Notes: a model not told the origin generated them from the letters alone. Shown: positions 28,849-39,987, counted from the stretch's first letter. The stretch: 64,000 nucleotides of DNA from Candidatus Izemoplasma sp. (GCA_036172455.1 JAXKVY010000005.1:1-64000), one strand, 5' to 3'. Translations and numbers: made by a program.

Positions 28849-30793
28849 AATCTTTTTTGTTGTAGTAGTTGTATTCAAGAATACGAACATTATATAAATA
28901 TTCATTGACAAAAGCGGTGTTAAGACTAAGGAGATAATAGTCTGTAATACTATCGTCAGTTGTTTCGTAATCTTGTGTTAAGGAGTTATATCTAAAATCA
29001 GCACTCAACATACTTCCGTTCGCAAAATGAACAATATTCCGTTCATCATCATAGATGTCACTACCAAATAATTGGTGGTAATTCACATTTAAATCAAAGA
29101 GATTAGCAACGGTTGGCATAATGTCAATACTAGACATATATTCATCTTGAATGCCATGAAATGCTGTTTCATCTGAAATAATCATCATTGGGACGTTATG
29201 AATATCTAACTCATCATTATCAATTTTATACGTATCTTCATACTCCCAAATATCTTCATTATTAATACCATACGCATAATGATCTCCAAAAATCATAATG
29301 ACCGTATCATCGAGTTTATTGGCTGCGGTTAACTCATCCATAAGGTAACCGATTGCCCGGTCTAATTCCATATGGACTGCTAGATAATATATAATTTCAT
29401 CTGCGACATCATCTAACAGGTTTTGTTCTGAAAGATAAGTCGTAACAGCTTCCACATATTCAGGTTTCGCCATTTCATGATTCTCAGAGTATTGGAAGTG
29501 TCCACTGACAGTAAGTAAGTTTACAAAGAACTGATTATCATCAATAAACTTAGGTACAGCGAGTTGCATAAGTTCATAATCACTTTGCCAAACATGGTCT
29601 ATGATAATATCATCAGGATCGAAGTTAGAGGTTATACCGAGTTCTTCACTACCCCAATATTGATCATAGCCAAGAGTATTCATATGGAAATCACCGCGAG
29701 GGTAGAAGTAGTCTGTATAATTATGAAATGAATAACTTGAATACCCAGCATCTTCAAATAGCTTTGGTAGGGTAGTCGGAAAAGTATTATCCATATAAGC
29801 ATCCATGCTTAGTGTCACGTTTTTATTGGGATACATTGATGTTTGCACGAGAAACTCCGTATCTGCCGTTGAACGATAATACAACGGTGAATAATAGTTT
29901 TCAAAGTAGGTATAGTTCTGTTTTAAAGCATATAGATTAGGAGTTAAAGTCTCATTAATGGCAAATGTATCAAAACTTTCTGCCATAATTAAGATAAAAT
30001 TTTTGTTCTCAAACAAGCCAGTCATATTATTCCGCTTATGTTCAGGTAAGTTCTCTAAATAGTCACGAATAAGAATGTTATAAGCTTCTTTTGAAATCGG
30101 ATCCTTCCTGAATAAGTTAAAAAAATCGCGTTGTGTATAGGTTAATAGTCCAAACTTGTGTAAGGCTTCTTGATTATTGTATACATAGGTGTATAAATCC
30201 ACATCATTATAATTAATGAGAGTCCCATTTGTGACATCGATTATCTGTTCATCAGTATCAACTGTTTGAATCGTTGTTTTATCGCTGATTGTTTGAATGC
30301 CAATAAACAAAGTTAGTGACGCAATAACAAGAACAATTAACGGTTGTTTGATATTAAAATATTCGATATCATAACTTATAAGATTATATTTCATTAGAAC
30401 AATAAATCCAATTAAAGGGAATGCATAAGTTATATGGCTAAATTTAAGTGCTAGGAAATAATCACTAAAAAATGATAGTCCAGCAGTAAAATCGCCAATT
30501 ACTCGAAAAGAATAAAACCCCTCAACGAAAGAATAATAAACTTCTTGGTTTAAGAATAAGAAGGTAAAAATCACCATAACGAACAGGGACATACGTTTCG
30601 CGGTTTTCTCTTTAAAAAACATTAAAACAAACATAATAAAGAATGCATAAGCAAATGAGAATAAAATAACCCTAAAAAGAGCGGCATTAAATTCAAACAT
30701 AAGCACACGACTTTTAAAGAGTATCTCTAGATAAATAATAGATAATAAAAACATTGCGAACAATGTTAAAGCATTAGATAGTTTTTGGTTCAT
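28847..30793 (-). CDS. LTA synthase family protein (sulfatase domain, LtaS-like)
   Basis: Five N-terminal TM helices followed by an extracellular sulfatase/phosphoglycerol-transferase domain. Start set at MNQKLS with a GAGTGA RBS. Confidence 0.75.
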   Translation of the reverse strand: MNQKLSNALTLFAMFLLSIIYLEILFKSRVLMFEFNAALFRVILFSFAYAFFIMFVLMFFKEKTAKRMSLFVMVIFTFLFLNQEVYYSFVEGFYSFRVIGDFTAGLSFFSDYFLALKFSHITYAFPLIGFIVLMKYNLISYDIEYFNIKQPLIVLVIASLTLFIGIQTISDKTTIQTVDTDEQIIDVTNGTLINYNDVDLYTYVYNNQEALHKFGLLTYTQRDFFNLFRKDPISKEAYNILIRDYLENLPEHKRNNMTGLFENKNFILIMAESFDTFAINETLTPNLYALKQNYTYFENYYSPLYYRSTADTEFLVQTSMYPNKNVTLSMDAYMDNTFPTTLPKLFEDAGYSSYSFHNYTDYFYPRGDFHMNTLGYDQYWGSEELGITSNFDPDDIIIDHVWQSDYELMQLAVPKFIDDNQFFVNLLTVSGHFQYSENHEMAKPEYVEAVTTYLSEQNLLDDVADEIIYYLAVHMELDRAIGYLMDELTAANKLDDTVIMIFGDHYAYGINNEDIWEYEDTYKIDNDELDIHNVPMMIISDETAFHGIQDEYMSSIDIMPTVANLFDLNVNYHQLFGSDIYDDERNIVHFANGSMLSADFRYNSLTQDYETTDDSITDYYLLSLNTAFVNEYLYNVRILEYNYYNKKD

Positions 30794-30878
30794 ATATATC
30801 ACTCTTTCACATCTAATTATTATATAACAATTTTGCTCTCTTGCCAACTCTCAAGTAAAAAAAACTTATGAAAATGAC

Positions 30879-30907
30879 TTGACATTTATCACTGAATTGC
30901 ATAAAAT
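30879..30907 (+). promoter_or_regulatory. sigma-A promoter of the tRNA cluster
   Basis: TTGACA - 17 nt - TAAAAT, about 29 nt upstream of tRNA-His. Confidence 0.6.
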
Positions 30908-30935
30908 GTTAATAGTCTCAAAATTGTATTTATAC

Positions 30936-31012
30936 GGCGATCGTGGCGAAGTGGTTAACGCACCGGATTGTGGCTCCGGCATTCGTGAGTTCGATTCTCA
31001 TCGGTCGCCCCA
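30936..31012 (+). tRNA. tRNA-His (GTG)
   Basis: Encoded G-1 paired to C73; acceptor stem GCGATCG/CGGTCGC; anticodon loop ATTGTGG; T-arm GTTCGATTC; CCA encoded. Confidence 0.9.
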
Positions 31013-31016
31013 TTAT

Positions 31017-31091
31017 TGGGCTATGGCCAAGCGGTTAAGGCACCGGACTTTGACTCCGGGATCGATGGTTCGAGTCCATCTAGCCCAGCCA
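31017..31091 (+). tRNA. tRNA-Gln (TTG)
   Basis: Acceptor stem TGGGCTA/TAGCCCA; anticodon loop CTTTGAC; CCA encoded. Confidence 0.9.
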
Positions 31092-31096
31092 TCTTA

Positions 31097-31179
31097 GCGG
31101 GTGTGGCGGAACTGGCAGACGCGCTAGACTTAGGATCTAGTTCTTCGGAGTGCAGGTTCGATTCCTGTCACCCGCACCA
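31097..31179 (+). tRNA. tRNA-Leu (TAG)
   Basis: Acceptor stem GCGGGTG/CACCCGC; anticodon loop CTTAGGA; long variable arm; CCA encoded. Confidence 0.9.
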
Positions 31180-31191
31180 AGATTATAAAAC

Positions 31192-31216
31192 AAACCATGG
31201 TAACATGGTTTTTTTA
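31192..31216 (+). terminator. rho-independent terminator of the tRNA cluster
   Basis: AACCATG-gtaa-CATGGTT followed by T7. Confidence 0.7.
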
Positions 31217-31362
31217 TACAATAAAAATCATAATTTTTATAACCAATAGTTAGAATATTAAATAAATCTGTGTTTTTTTATGAAATAACTTGCATTTCAG
31301 TATTCACAGGAGTAAAATGATATTTGCGTTATGAAGAAGTATAAATATATGAAAGAAGTGAT

Positions 31363-32640
31363 TTGATGTTCAATCTATTTATGACAAGCGATGTATCCAC
31401 TACCTACGAAGCACTATTAGTGCTTGCCCTCGTATTGTTTTTTGGGATATATGCCGGTAGGTATTTTGAAAAAATCAAGTTACCGCATATTACAGGATAT
31501 ATTATTAGCGGTGTACTGTTAGGCTTACTGCTGGTTGGGATTCATAAGGGTGAATTAGTTGAACATTTAGCTGTTATTTCTAGTGTTGCTTTAGGCTTTA
31601 TTGCATTTGGAATTGGAACAGAGTTAGAGTTTACTAAACTGAAAAAAAGCGGCAAAGAAGTTATTATCATTACAATATTACAAGCATTAGCTGCGGCATT
31701 GTTAGTCATATTTGCTTTATTATTATTTGGCGTATCATTACCGATTGCCTTAGTGTTAGGTGCTGTTGCAACAGCTACTGCTCCTGCCCCAATTATGTTA
31801 CTAACCAGAAAATATAAATCACGTGGTGCCCTAACAGATACGTTACTCCCGCTTGTAGGGATGGATGATGCTGTTGGTATTATCTTGTTTGGCGTCTTGC
31901 TATCAATTGCTAATTCGATGACAAGAGGAGAAAGTTTATCCTTTCTTGAAATGATTGAAGGACCAGCATTAGAACTTGTCTTCTCAGCATTGATTGGTTT
32001 GGTTGTTGGGTTATTAGGGGCCTTAATTGTCCGTAAAATAGATAGTAAAGATCATCAAAAAGAAGAACTATTTTTAGCGGTCAGTATCGTTGCAGTATTA
32101 GTGACTGTAGGGATGGCAAAAATCGGATTACATTTTGGTGAGTTATATGTCCATTTATCACCGATACTAACACCAATGGTTATGGGAATTGTTTTTGCTA
32201 ATTCAATGAGTCGTGTTCGTAGTCATGATGTGAACGAAACTGTTGAAAGTTTTACGGCACCAATTTTAGTGGCATTTTTCACACTTGCTGGTGCGGAGTT
32301 AGTAGTTGCATTTTTCGAAAATACTAATGTTAATTATGTTAGCCTGGCAGGGATTACAGTGATTTACATCTTAGCACGTATCGCTGGTAAAATGGGTGGA
32401 TCATTCGTTGGTGCTAAGTTGATGAATTCTCACAGAAATGTTAAAAAATACTTAGGACTTTGTCTATTACCACAAGCTGGAGTGGCATTGGGAATGGCAT
32501 ATCAAGCAAAATCAGACTTTGGTGAGTCTGGAATAACAATTTTAATTGTTGTTTTGATTGCAACGCTTGTCTATGAGTTATTCGGTCCAATTGGTGTGAA
32601 ATATAGCCTTGATAAATCTGGTGAAATTCGCGATTACTAA
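31363..32640 (+). CDS. cation:proton antiporter (CPA family)
   Basis: 12-TM Na+/H+ exchanger-like protein. Confidence 0.7.
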   Translation: MMFNLFMTSDVSTTYEALLVLALVLFFGIYAGRYFEKIKLPHITGYIISGVLLGLLLVGIHKGELVEHLAVISSVALGFIAFGIGTELEFTKLKKSGKEVIIITILQALAAALLVIFALLLFGVSLPIALVLGAVATATAPAPIMLLTRKYKSRGALTDTLLPLVGMDDAVGIILFGVLLSIANSMTRGESLSFLEMIEGPALELVFSALIGLVVGLLGALIVRKIDSKDHQKEELFLAVSIVAVLVTVGMAKIGLHFGELYVHLSPILTPMVMGIVFANSMSRVRSHDVNETVESFTAPILVAFFTLAGAELVVAFFENTNVNYVSLAGITVIYILARIAGKMGGSFVGAKLMNSHRNVKKYLGLCLLPQAGVALGMAYQAKSDFGESGITILIVVLIATLVYELFGPIGVKYSLDKSGEIRDY

Positions 32641-32641
32641 T

Positions 32642-32676
32642 AAAAAAAATCACTTCCTCGGAAGTGATTTTATAAT
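32642..32676. terminator. bidirectional terminator, copy 2 of the repeated palindromic element
   Basis: A8-TCACTTCCTCGGAAGTGA-T4AT; it differs from the 25114 copy only at the loop centre and in A-run length. Confidence 0.7.
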
Positions 32677-33107
32677 GATTTTAGTAATTCCTCAGCATGA
32701 TTTTTTGCTTTAACATTGCGATACTCTTCAACAACATTGCCATCTTCATCTAAAATGAACGTTGAACGAACAATACCCATGTAAGTTTTACCAAACATTT
32801 GTTTTTCTTTTAAGACATCAAAGGCTTTGACAAGTTCTTCAGTCTCATCAGAAAGTAACAATAGGTTCAAGTCATGTTTATCTGTGAATTTTTGATGAGA
32901 TTTAATAGAATCCCGACTGACACCAATGATTTGATAGCCTTTATCTTTAAAGTCATTTTTTAAAGCAGTGAAATCTTTGGCTTCTAGGGTACATCCTGAT
33001 GTATCATCTTTGGGGTAAAAGTAGAGAATCACTTTTTGGTCTTTAAAATCCGATAGTTTATAGGTTTTGCCATCTAAAGCAGGTAATTCAATCGATAAAT
33101 AGTCCAC
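32670..33107 (-). CDS. bcp: thioredoxin-dependent thiol peroxidase (peroxiredoxin Bcp)
   Basis: YFYPKDDTSGCT peroxidatic Cys motif. Confidence 0.85.
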   Translation of the reverse strand: MDYLSIELPALDGKTYKLSDFKDQKVILYFYPKDDTSGCTLEAKDFTALKNDFKDKGYQIIGVSRDSIKSHQKFTDKHDLNLLLLSDETEELVKAFDVLKEKQMFGKTYMGIVRSTFILDEDGNVVEEYRNVKAKNHAEELLKSL

Positions 33108-33112
33108 TTAAA

Positions 33113-33337
33113 TCACTCCTTATTTTTCGCTTTTGGGACTGGATCATATCCGCCTTTTGAAAAGGGGTTACAGCGCAGAATCCGCCAAATACTTAATATG
33201 GTCGCATACAAAAAGTTTCGGGTTTGATATGCTTCCTTTGCGTAATTGCTACATGTCGGATGATATCGACAGGTAATTTGTTTGTTTTGTGTGTTTGATT
33301 GATACCAATCAATGAGTTTAAGTATGATTTTTGTCAT
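33113..33337 (-). CDS. yidD: membrane protein insertion efficiency factor
   Basis: YHPTCSNYA motif. Start trimmed to MTKII, which has a GGTGG RBS. Confidence 0.8.
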   Translation of the reverse strand: MTKIILKLIDWYQSNTQNKQITCRYHPTCSNYAKEAYQTRNFLYATILSIWRILRCNPFSKGGYDPVPKAKNKE

Positions 33338-33445
33338 GTTAACCACCGGGTTAATTATACCAAAAATCAAAGCCACCAACAAGAAATGTGATTATCATTA
33401 GACAAATACGTTTGATTCAACTATAATTAATTTGTGGTGATAAAA

Positions 33446-34393
33446 ATGATTAATAAAGCCCATATAGAGAAATTTTATGATTATTTTGATATGGTTGCGA
33501 ATATTCTTTATGAACAAAATCAATTAGGATATATTGAAGGAATGAATGTTGCGTTTGATTTTCTCTTAGATCGTGAATTTGAATATGATTTAGTTGAGGA
33601 TGATATGGAGCGCATTTACCAGGTAAAAAAAGTAGTAGAAAATACTGATTTCAATCCTGAAGAAGTACGCAAAGCAGTTCAATTGGGTATCTTAAAAGGG
33701 TTTAAACATACCTATGAAACAAATGCGAAAATGACCCCTGATTCGATCGGTCTTTTTATGGGGTACTTAGTCAGTAAGTTATACCCTGATTTAACAGAGA
33801 TTAACAGTATTCTTGATCCGATGATGGGAACAGGTAACTTGATTTATACGATTTGTAATCAACTTGAGATAAGACCGAAGGTTATTGGTGTAGATGATGA
33901 TATTTTACAATGTCGTTTAGCCCGTAACTTTGGTGATTTGTTATCTATAGATAATGAAATATTTTATCAAGATACACGCTCTTATTTAGATAAGGGATTT
34001 GATGTGGTTTGTACAGATTTAGCTATATTTGAGAAGAAAGATCCGTACCTTCCCTATCAAATTATCAATCACACACTTAATGCCTTAAATCAAGACAAAT
34101 TTTTAATTGCCTTGATTGAGAATGATTTCTTTGAACAAAAAGATAGTGATGTATTTAAAGAAGAAATCCATAAAAAGGCACATGTGTTTGGATTGATTAA
34201 ACTCAGTGAATCGCTATTTTCAAAACATCCGAAAAGTATTTTGATCTTACAAAAGAAACAAAAAGAACCACAGAACGATAAAGGGAAGTTTTTGTTAGTT
34301 GATTTACCGAGTTTTACAGATAATGAAGCTTTTTCACATACCATTAAGCAAATCGATCAATGGTTTTTAAACAGAAAGGAAAATGAACAATGA
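33446..34393 (+). CDS. class I SAM-dependent methyltransferase (YtxK-like, upstream of ackA as in Bacillus)
   Basis: LDPMMGTGNL motif I. Start set at MINKAH with a GGTGAT RBS. Confidence 0.55.
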   Translation: MINKAHIEKFYDYFDMVANILYEQNQLGYIEGMNVAFDFLLDREFEYDLVEDDMERIYQVKKVVENTDFNPEEVRKAVQLGILKGFKHTYETNAKMTPDSIGLFMGYLVSKLYPDLTEINSILDPMMGTGNLIYTICNQLEIRPKVIGVDDDILQCRLARNFGDLLSIDNEIFYQDTRSYLDKGFDVVCTDLAIFEKKDPYLPYQIINHTLNALNQDKFLIALIENDFFEQKDSDVFKEEIHKKAHVFGLIKLSESLFSKHPKSILILQKKQKEPQNDKGKFLLVDLPSFTDNEAFSHTIKQIDQWFLNRKENEQ

Positions 34394-35574
34394 TAGTATT
34401 CGCTGTGAACGCAGGAAGTTCATCTCTTAAATTTCAGTTATTAGATATGCCAGAAGAAACCGTTCTTGCAAGTGGGGTTGTCGAACGGATAGGGTTTGAT
34501 GATGCAATCTTTTCAATTAAGTTTGATGATCAGCGTCATAAAGAAATAGAAAAGATTAAAACACATAAAGTAGCTGTTAATTTATTATTAGATCGTTTAG
34601 TATCGTTAAATATATTATCAAGTCTGGATGACATTGAAGGTATAGGACATCGTGTCGTCCATGGTGGAGAACTGTTTAGTGATTCAGTTATTATTGATCA
34701 AGAGGTCATTGATGGTATTGAATCAGTAAGTGATTTAGCACCGCTACATAACCCCGCAAACTTAACGGGAATTTTAGCTTTTCAAGAAGCCTTACCAAAT
34801 GTGCCGGCAGTTGCGGTATTTGATACAGCATTCCATCAGACAATGGAACCAACAGAATATATGTATAGCTTACCATATGAATGGTATGAGAAATACGGTG
34901 TAAGAAAATACGGGTTTCATGGGACAAGTCACAAGTATGTCAGTCTACGCGCTGCAAAAATGTTAGGTAAAGCCCCTGAAGAGTCTAAAGTTATAGTTTG
35001 TCACATTGGTAATGGGGCAAGTTTATGTGCTGTTAAACACGGTAAGAGTATTGACACATCAATGGGATTCACCCCTTTAGCTGGTATTGCGATGGGAACA
35101 CGTAGTGGTGATATTGACCCAGCAATTGTGCAATACATCTCTAAGAAAGAAGATAAGACCTTAGATCAAGTGATGGATGAGTTAAATAAACGCTCTGGTT
35201 ATTTAGGATTAAGTGAATTATCCAGTGATTCAAGAGATTTATGGCAAGCAGTTGAACGTGGAGACAAAAAATCAATCTTAGCTGTTGAAAAACAAGCCAA
35301 AATGATTGCTGATTATATAGGAGCTTACTATTTATTACTTGAAGGCTGTGATGCTATTTGCTTTACTGCCGGTATCGGTGAGAATGCGAGCGAAACACGC
35401 AAATTAGTTGTCGACCGGTTAAAAGCGTTAGGCGTTCAACTAGATATTAAGAAGAACTTAGTCAGAGGAAAAGAAACAATTATTTCCACAGAAGATTCAA
35501 AGATCAATGTCTTACTCATCCCAACGAATGAAGAAGTCATGATCGCAAGGGATACTGTTCGATTAACACAATAA
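34390..35574 (+). CDS. ackA: acetate kinase
   Basis: AVNAGSSSLKFQL N-terminus and ASKHA fold motifs. Confidence 0.9.
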   Translation: MIVFAVNAGSSSLKFQLLDMPEETVLASGVVERIGFDDAIFSIKFDDQRHKEIEKIKTHKVAVNLLLDRLVSLNILSSLDDIEGIGHRVVHGGELFSDSVIIDQEVIDGIESVSDLAPLHNPANLTGILAFQEALPNVPAVAVFDTAFHQTMEPTEYMYSLPYEWYEKYGVRKYGFHGTSHKYVSLRAAKMLGKAPEESKVIVCHIGNGASLCAVKHGKSIDTSMGFTPLAGIAMGTRSGDIDPAIVQYISKKEDKTLDQVMDELNKRSGYLGLSELSSDSRDLWQAVERGDKKSILAVEKQAKMIADYIGAYYLLLEGCDAICFTAGIGENASETRKLVVDRLKALGVQLDIKKNLVRGKETIISTEDSKINVLLIPTNEEVMIARDTVRLTQ

Positions 35575-35634
35575 TATCGTATAAAAAAGAAAAAAATAAT
35601 CTGAGTCCATATCATAGTTCTGAGGAGTGATGAT

Positions 35635-36909
35635 ATGAAAAAGATTATTTTTTTATTATGTTTAATGTGTGTTGTCATAACACACGGTGAAGTGAGTTAC
35701 GCCGATTTATATGAAACGTATGAGTTTGAGTCGTTTACGATTGAAACAGAGCGCTTCGGGACAGAACAAGGAGAACGTGGCTACTACCTCACTAAGCGAG
35801 GAAATTCACCATTTGAAACAACAATCCTCATTGATAATGCATGGGTAGATATACGTGGGATGAAAGAGATTGATGAGTTACTAGTAATTTATGGCGATGT
35901 CCACTATTTAGAGGCAGATACCTTTTATGATGCTTATGTTTTAATCATGAATAAACAAGGGGATATTGTCCATGAATACATTGATGATTATGGTAATATG
36001 GAGATTGTAGATGATGTGTTTAAAATTGATGATGTGTGGATTTTTCGCACACATCAAACAAAACGGACGACTGAACGGCCTGAGTTTCTTCAATACGTCT
36101 TTCGATCATTTGATTTAACATTTACCTATTTAGATGAGTTCACAGTAGAGCGAAAAATTTTAATAGAGTCAGTTGAAGATGAACTCTATGTCTTTAGTTA
36201 TGATACATTAGACTATTATCAAGCTGCGATTGATGAACAATTTAATTTCTATGAATATAATACCCCTTTAGATATTGAAGAGAATGCACAGTATCACGGA
36301 AGTGTGTATCTTCCTGTCATCAATGAGGCAACCTTAAATGGGAATGTTATTTCAAACGGATATAAGGTATCAACGCCAGGATATTATGAGTTAGTATATA
36401 ATCAGAATACCTACACTTTTACAATTGAGGCACAGGTAAGTGGTATTGAGGATGGTGGCATTTATCAAGATGCCGTATCAATTGATGTGAATCATAATGA
36501 AGCATACTTAAATGATGATCTATATGTCTCACAAGACAAAATCAGCTCACCAGGAAATTACACATTTGAAGTAAGAGGCGCTAACGGTTATAAAAAGGTC
36601 TGGCAATTTCAAATCACATCTAAAATAACAGGTGTTGTGAATAATCAAACCTATCAACGTCCTCTTCAAATTGAGTTTGACGGTCATGGGTATCTCAATA
36701 ATCAATATGTTGAGTCACCATTACTTGTAGATGACCCGGGAGAATATGTATTGCAAATCAAAGGAGAAAACAGTTATCTTGAAACGATTCACTTTCAAAT
36801 AGAAGCCAAAGAAAAGGAGACTAACTGGATTCATTTTATCCAACAGTATGATATCTTTGTTTTTATCGCAGTAGGCATTAGTTCAATTATCTATTTAAAG
36901 AAAAAGTAA
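35635..36909 (+). CDS. secreted/anchored hypothetical protein
   Basis: N-terminal signal peptide and a C-terminal hydrophobic anchor. Confidence 0.45.
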   Translation: MKKIIFLLCLMCVVITHGEVSYADLYETYEFESFTIETERFGTEQGERGYYLTKRGNSPFETTILIDNAWVDIRGMKEIDELLVIYGDVHYLEADTFYDAYVLIMNKQGDIVHEYIDDYGNMEIVDDVFKIDDVWIFRTHQTKRTTERPEFLQYVFRSFDLTFTYLDEFTVERKILIESVEDELYVFSYDTLDYYQAAIDEQFNFYEYNTPLDIEENAQYHGSVYLPVINEATLNGNVISNGYKVSTPGYYELVYNQNTYTFTIEAQVSGIEDGGIYQDAVSIDVNHNEAYLNDDLYVSQDKISSPGNYTFEVRGANGYKKVWQFQITSKITGVVNNQTYQRPLQIEFDGHGYLNNQYVESPLLVDDPGEYVLQIKGENSYLETIHFQIEAKEKETNWIHFIQQYDIFVFIAVGISSIIYLKKK

Positions 36910-36931
36910 AGAAAATTTCTTTACTTTTTTC
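36905..36931 (+). terminator. rho-independent terminator
   Basis: GTAAAGA-loop-TCTTTAC followed by T6. Confidence 0.6.
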
Positions 36932-36975
36932 AATTTAAAAGCGCCTTATGCTATAATGAGTTCAGGTGATACATT

Positions 36976-39900
36976 ATGTCGATTACGCCATTACAAATTG
37001 AAACCAGTTATTCAATGCGAGGATCTAATTTAGATATAGATTCTCTTGTTTTACGTGGTAAGGAATTGGGGTATGACACTCTAGTCCTAACAGATTATAG
37101 ATTATATGGCGCGATAGCCTTTTATAAAGCCTGTAAAACTGAAGGTATCACACCGATAATCGGGGGTCATTTTCAACTTGAAGGCTTCGTAACTGAGCAA
37201 TTAAATCACATCTTTGTGTATGCTAAGGAGTATAAAGGCTACCAACATCTTCTGAAACTAGCCAGTTTATATGCACTTAATAACCAAATAACGCTTGATG
37301 AACTTAAAACCTATCATCAAGGATGTGCTTTCGTTATAGATACAGACCATAGTGAATATAAATATTTTATTCAAAATGACAAACAGAATGAACTTCATAT
37401 GTTACGAGATTTTTTCACAGACCACAATATAGATATTTATCTTGGATTAACAGACAATGATACGATAAACGATATCTTGGAGAAGAGCTATAATTTAGTA
37501 CCATTAGTCCGAGTATTATATAATCAAAAAGAAGATGCCTCAATTAGACAAACCTTACAACGCATTTTTTCGGTTGAATCAGATAGGTTTGAGAAAGAGC
37601 ACTATTTTATATCAAGAAAGAGTTTTATCGATCGATATAGTCGTTATCCAAAGAGTTTAGATAACTTAGAGAAACTAGTTAATAAGTGCCGTTTAGAACT
37701 TGATTTTAGCAAAGAACATTTACCAACATACCCCCATGATAAACCGTCAAGCAAAGCCTATTTAAAGGCCTTAGTTTATGCTGGCTTAAAACGGCGACTA
37801 CAATCAGTAAAGACCAATCATGACGCATATTATGAACGAGTGAACTATGAACTAAATGTAATTGATCAGATGGGGTACAATGATTACTTCTTGATTGTTT
37901 GGGATTTTGTTAAATACGCCAAACAACAAGGATATTTGGTTGGGCCAGGACGTGGGAGTGCCGCGGCATCGCTCGTTTCATATTGTTTAGGGATTACTTC
38001 AATCGATTCATTACAGTATGATTTAGTCTTTGAACGATTTTTAAATCCAGAGCGTATTACATTACCAGATATTGATATTGATTTACCGGACGATAAACGG
38101 GATGATGTAATTGAGTACGTCCGGGATTTATATGGTCTTAATCGTGTAGCTAGTATCTGTACGTTCGGACGATTTAAAATCAAATCAGCGATTCGTGAAA
38201 CCGCTAGAGTTCATGGTAAGAGTGGATTAATTGTTAATCAAATAATAAAAGAAACAGCCAATGTTGATTCAGTTGGAGACCTCATAAAACAATCAGAAAA
38301 AGTACAAACAATTATTGAGAACCATCCTGAGTTTAAAGACATTTTACAGATTGCTTCTGCAATAGAAGAATTACCCAAACATGTTAGTACCCATGCAGCA
38401 GGTATTATTCTAGCAGATAATGTCTTAACCCAGTATACTCCTTTACAAGAGGGTTTACTAGGGATGATGCAAAGCCAATATGAGGCAAAAGACTTAGAAA
38501 GTTTAGGCTTATTAAAGATTGATTTCTTAGGATTACGTAATCTATCAATAATTAGAAATACACTAAACATCATTAAAGATAATACTGGACAAGACATTAA
38601 TATGTATAAAATACCATTAGATGATCAAAAAACGATGTCACTACTTAACCGTGGAGATACGGTTGGATTGTTTCAACTAGAGTCTAGAGGTATGGTTGAT
38701 TTAATAAAAAAAATGGACATGAAAGTCTTTGAAGATATTGTGGTTGTCTTGGCATTGTTTCGTCCGGGTCCAATGGAAAGTATCAAACCTTTCTTAAGAC
38801 GACGTTTTAAACAAGAAAAAGTAACCTATTTACATTCTGAATTAAAACCAATTTTAGAACCAACAAATGGTATCATCGTCTATCAGGAACAAATTATTAA
38901 GATTGCGAATATTTTTGCAGGATACAGTCTTGGAGAAGCTGATATTTTGAGACGTGCCGTTAGTAAAAAAGAATTAGATGCTTTAGAACAAGAGCGTCAA
39001 AACTTTGTCAATAAAGCAAAACAAAAAGGTCGAGATGAGACATTAAGCCACACGATTTATGATTATATTGTGAAGTTCGCTAACTATGGGTTTAACAAAG
39101 CGCATAGTGTTGCCTATGCCCGTGTTGCCTATTGGATGGCATATTTAAAAGCCAATTATTCAGAGTATTTTATAGGGGTATTAATGGACAGTGTCATTGG
39201 CTCAGCAACATCTCTTAAAAAGTATCGCCGCGAAGCCCAACGGCTTGGTCTTAAAGTTTACCCACCATCAATTAATCAATCAGGGTTACGCTTTAAACCG
39301 ATTAAACAAGGACTGGTTTTTCCATTATTAGGGATTAAGAATCTTGGCAGAAATACTGTTAAAGCGATATTGGAAGAACGAAAAAAAAAGAACTTTACAA
39401 GTTTTGTTGATTTTGTTTCTCGTGTCCACCAAATTGTTAATAAACGAGTCATTGAATCTTTAATATTGGTCGGCGCATGTGATGAATTTGATCATAGTAA
39501 GCGTGCAATGATGTCGCAATTAGATGATATTTTAGGGTATAGTGACTATGGGGCATTTATCGACCAACAAGAGTTTGTGATTACACCGATGAGTGAGTTT
39601 CCATATGAAGAAGTCATGACCCATGAAAAAGAATTGCTTGGGTTCCATTTAGTTACGCATCCGATAATCAAATATGAGAAAATGATTACAGAAAAAGACT
39701 TATTAACGCCAACAGATATTACACAAGATAATACCAATCAAACAGTACGTCTCTTAGGTATGGTTAGTCGCATTACAGAAATCACTACCAAAAAAGGAGA
39801 TCAGATGGCTTTTATCACAATTGATGATGAAGATAGCGAACTCGATGGTGTCTTATTTCCGCGGACATATCAACGGTTTAAGAATATCCTTGAGAAGCAA

Positions 39901-39987
39901 CATATCTTTCTTTTCTTAGGAAAAGTTGAGTTTCGTAATAAACGATTACAATATATCATTGATAAAATCCATAAAATGGACCAATAA
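36976..39987 (+). CDS. dnaE: DNA polymerase III alpha subunit
   Basis: PHP domain N-terminus and Pol IIIalpha core; 1003 aa, compact as in Mollicutes/Erysipelotrichia. Confidence 0.9.
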   Translation: MSITPLQIETSYSMRGSNLDIDSLVLRGKELGYDTLVLTDYRLYGAIAFYKACKTEGITPIIGGHFQLEGFVTEQLNHIFVYAKEYKGYQHLLKLASLYALNNQITLDELKTYHQGCAFVIDTDHSEYKYFIQNDKQNELHMLRDFFTDHNIDIYLGLTDNDTINDILEKSYNLVPLVRVLYNQKEDASIRQTLQRIFSVESDRFEKEHYFISRKSFIDRYSRYPKSLDNLEKLVNKCRLELDFSKEHLPTYPHDKPSSKAYLKALVYAGLKRRLQSVKTNHDAYYERVNYELNVIDQMGYNDYFLIVWDFVKYAKQQGYLVGPGRGSAAASLVSYCLGITSIDSLQYDLVFERFLNPERITLPDIDIDLPDDKRDDVIEYVRDLYGLNRVASICTFGRFKIKSAIRETARVHGKSGLIVNQIIKETANVDSVGDLIKQSEKVQTIIENHPEFKDILQIASAIEELPKHVSTHAAGIILADNVLTQYTPLQEGLLGMMQSQYEAKDLESLGLLKIDFLGLRNLSIIRNTLNIIKDNTGQDINMYKIPLDDQKTMSLLNRGDTVGLFQLESRGMVDLIKKMDMKVFEDIVVVLALFRPGPMESIKPFLRRRFKQEKVTYLHSELKPILEPTNGIIVYQEQIIKIANIFAGYSLGEADILRRAVSKKELDALEQERQNFVNKAKQKGRDETLSHTIYDYIVKFANYGFNKAHSVAYARVAYWMAYLKANYSEYFIGVLMDSVIGSATSLKKYRREAQRLGLKVYPPSINQSGLRFKPIKQGLVFPLLGIKNLGRNTVKAILEERKKKNFTSFVDFVSRVHQIVNKRVIESLILVGACDEFDHSKRAMMSQLDDILGYSDYGAFIDQQEFVITPMSEFPYEEVMTHEKELLGFHLVTHPIIKYEKMITEKDLLTPTDITQDNTNQTVRLLGMVSRITEITTKKGDQMAFITIDDEDSELDGVLFPRTYQRFKNILEKQHIFLFLGKVEFRNKRLQYIIDKIHKMDQ

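Noticed and set aside
30879-31249. Two track ORFs (72 aa and 77 aa) on the plus strand
   Set aside because: They are read-through translations of the tRNA-His/Gln/Leu genes and their promoter (the TTG start is the -35 TTGACA itself). They are not coding.
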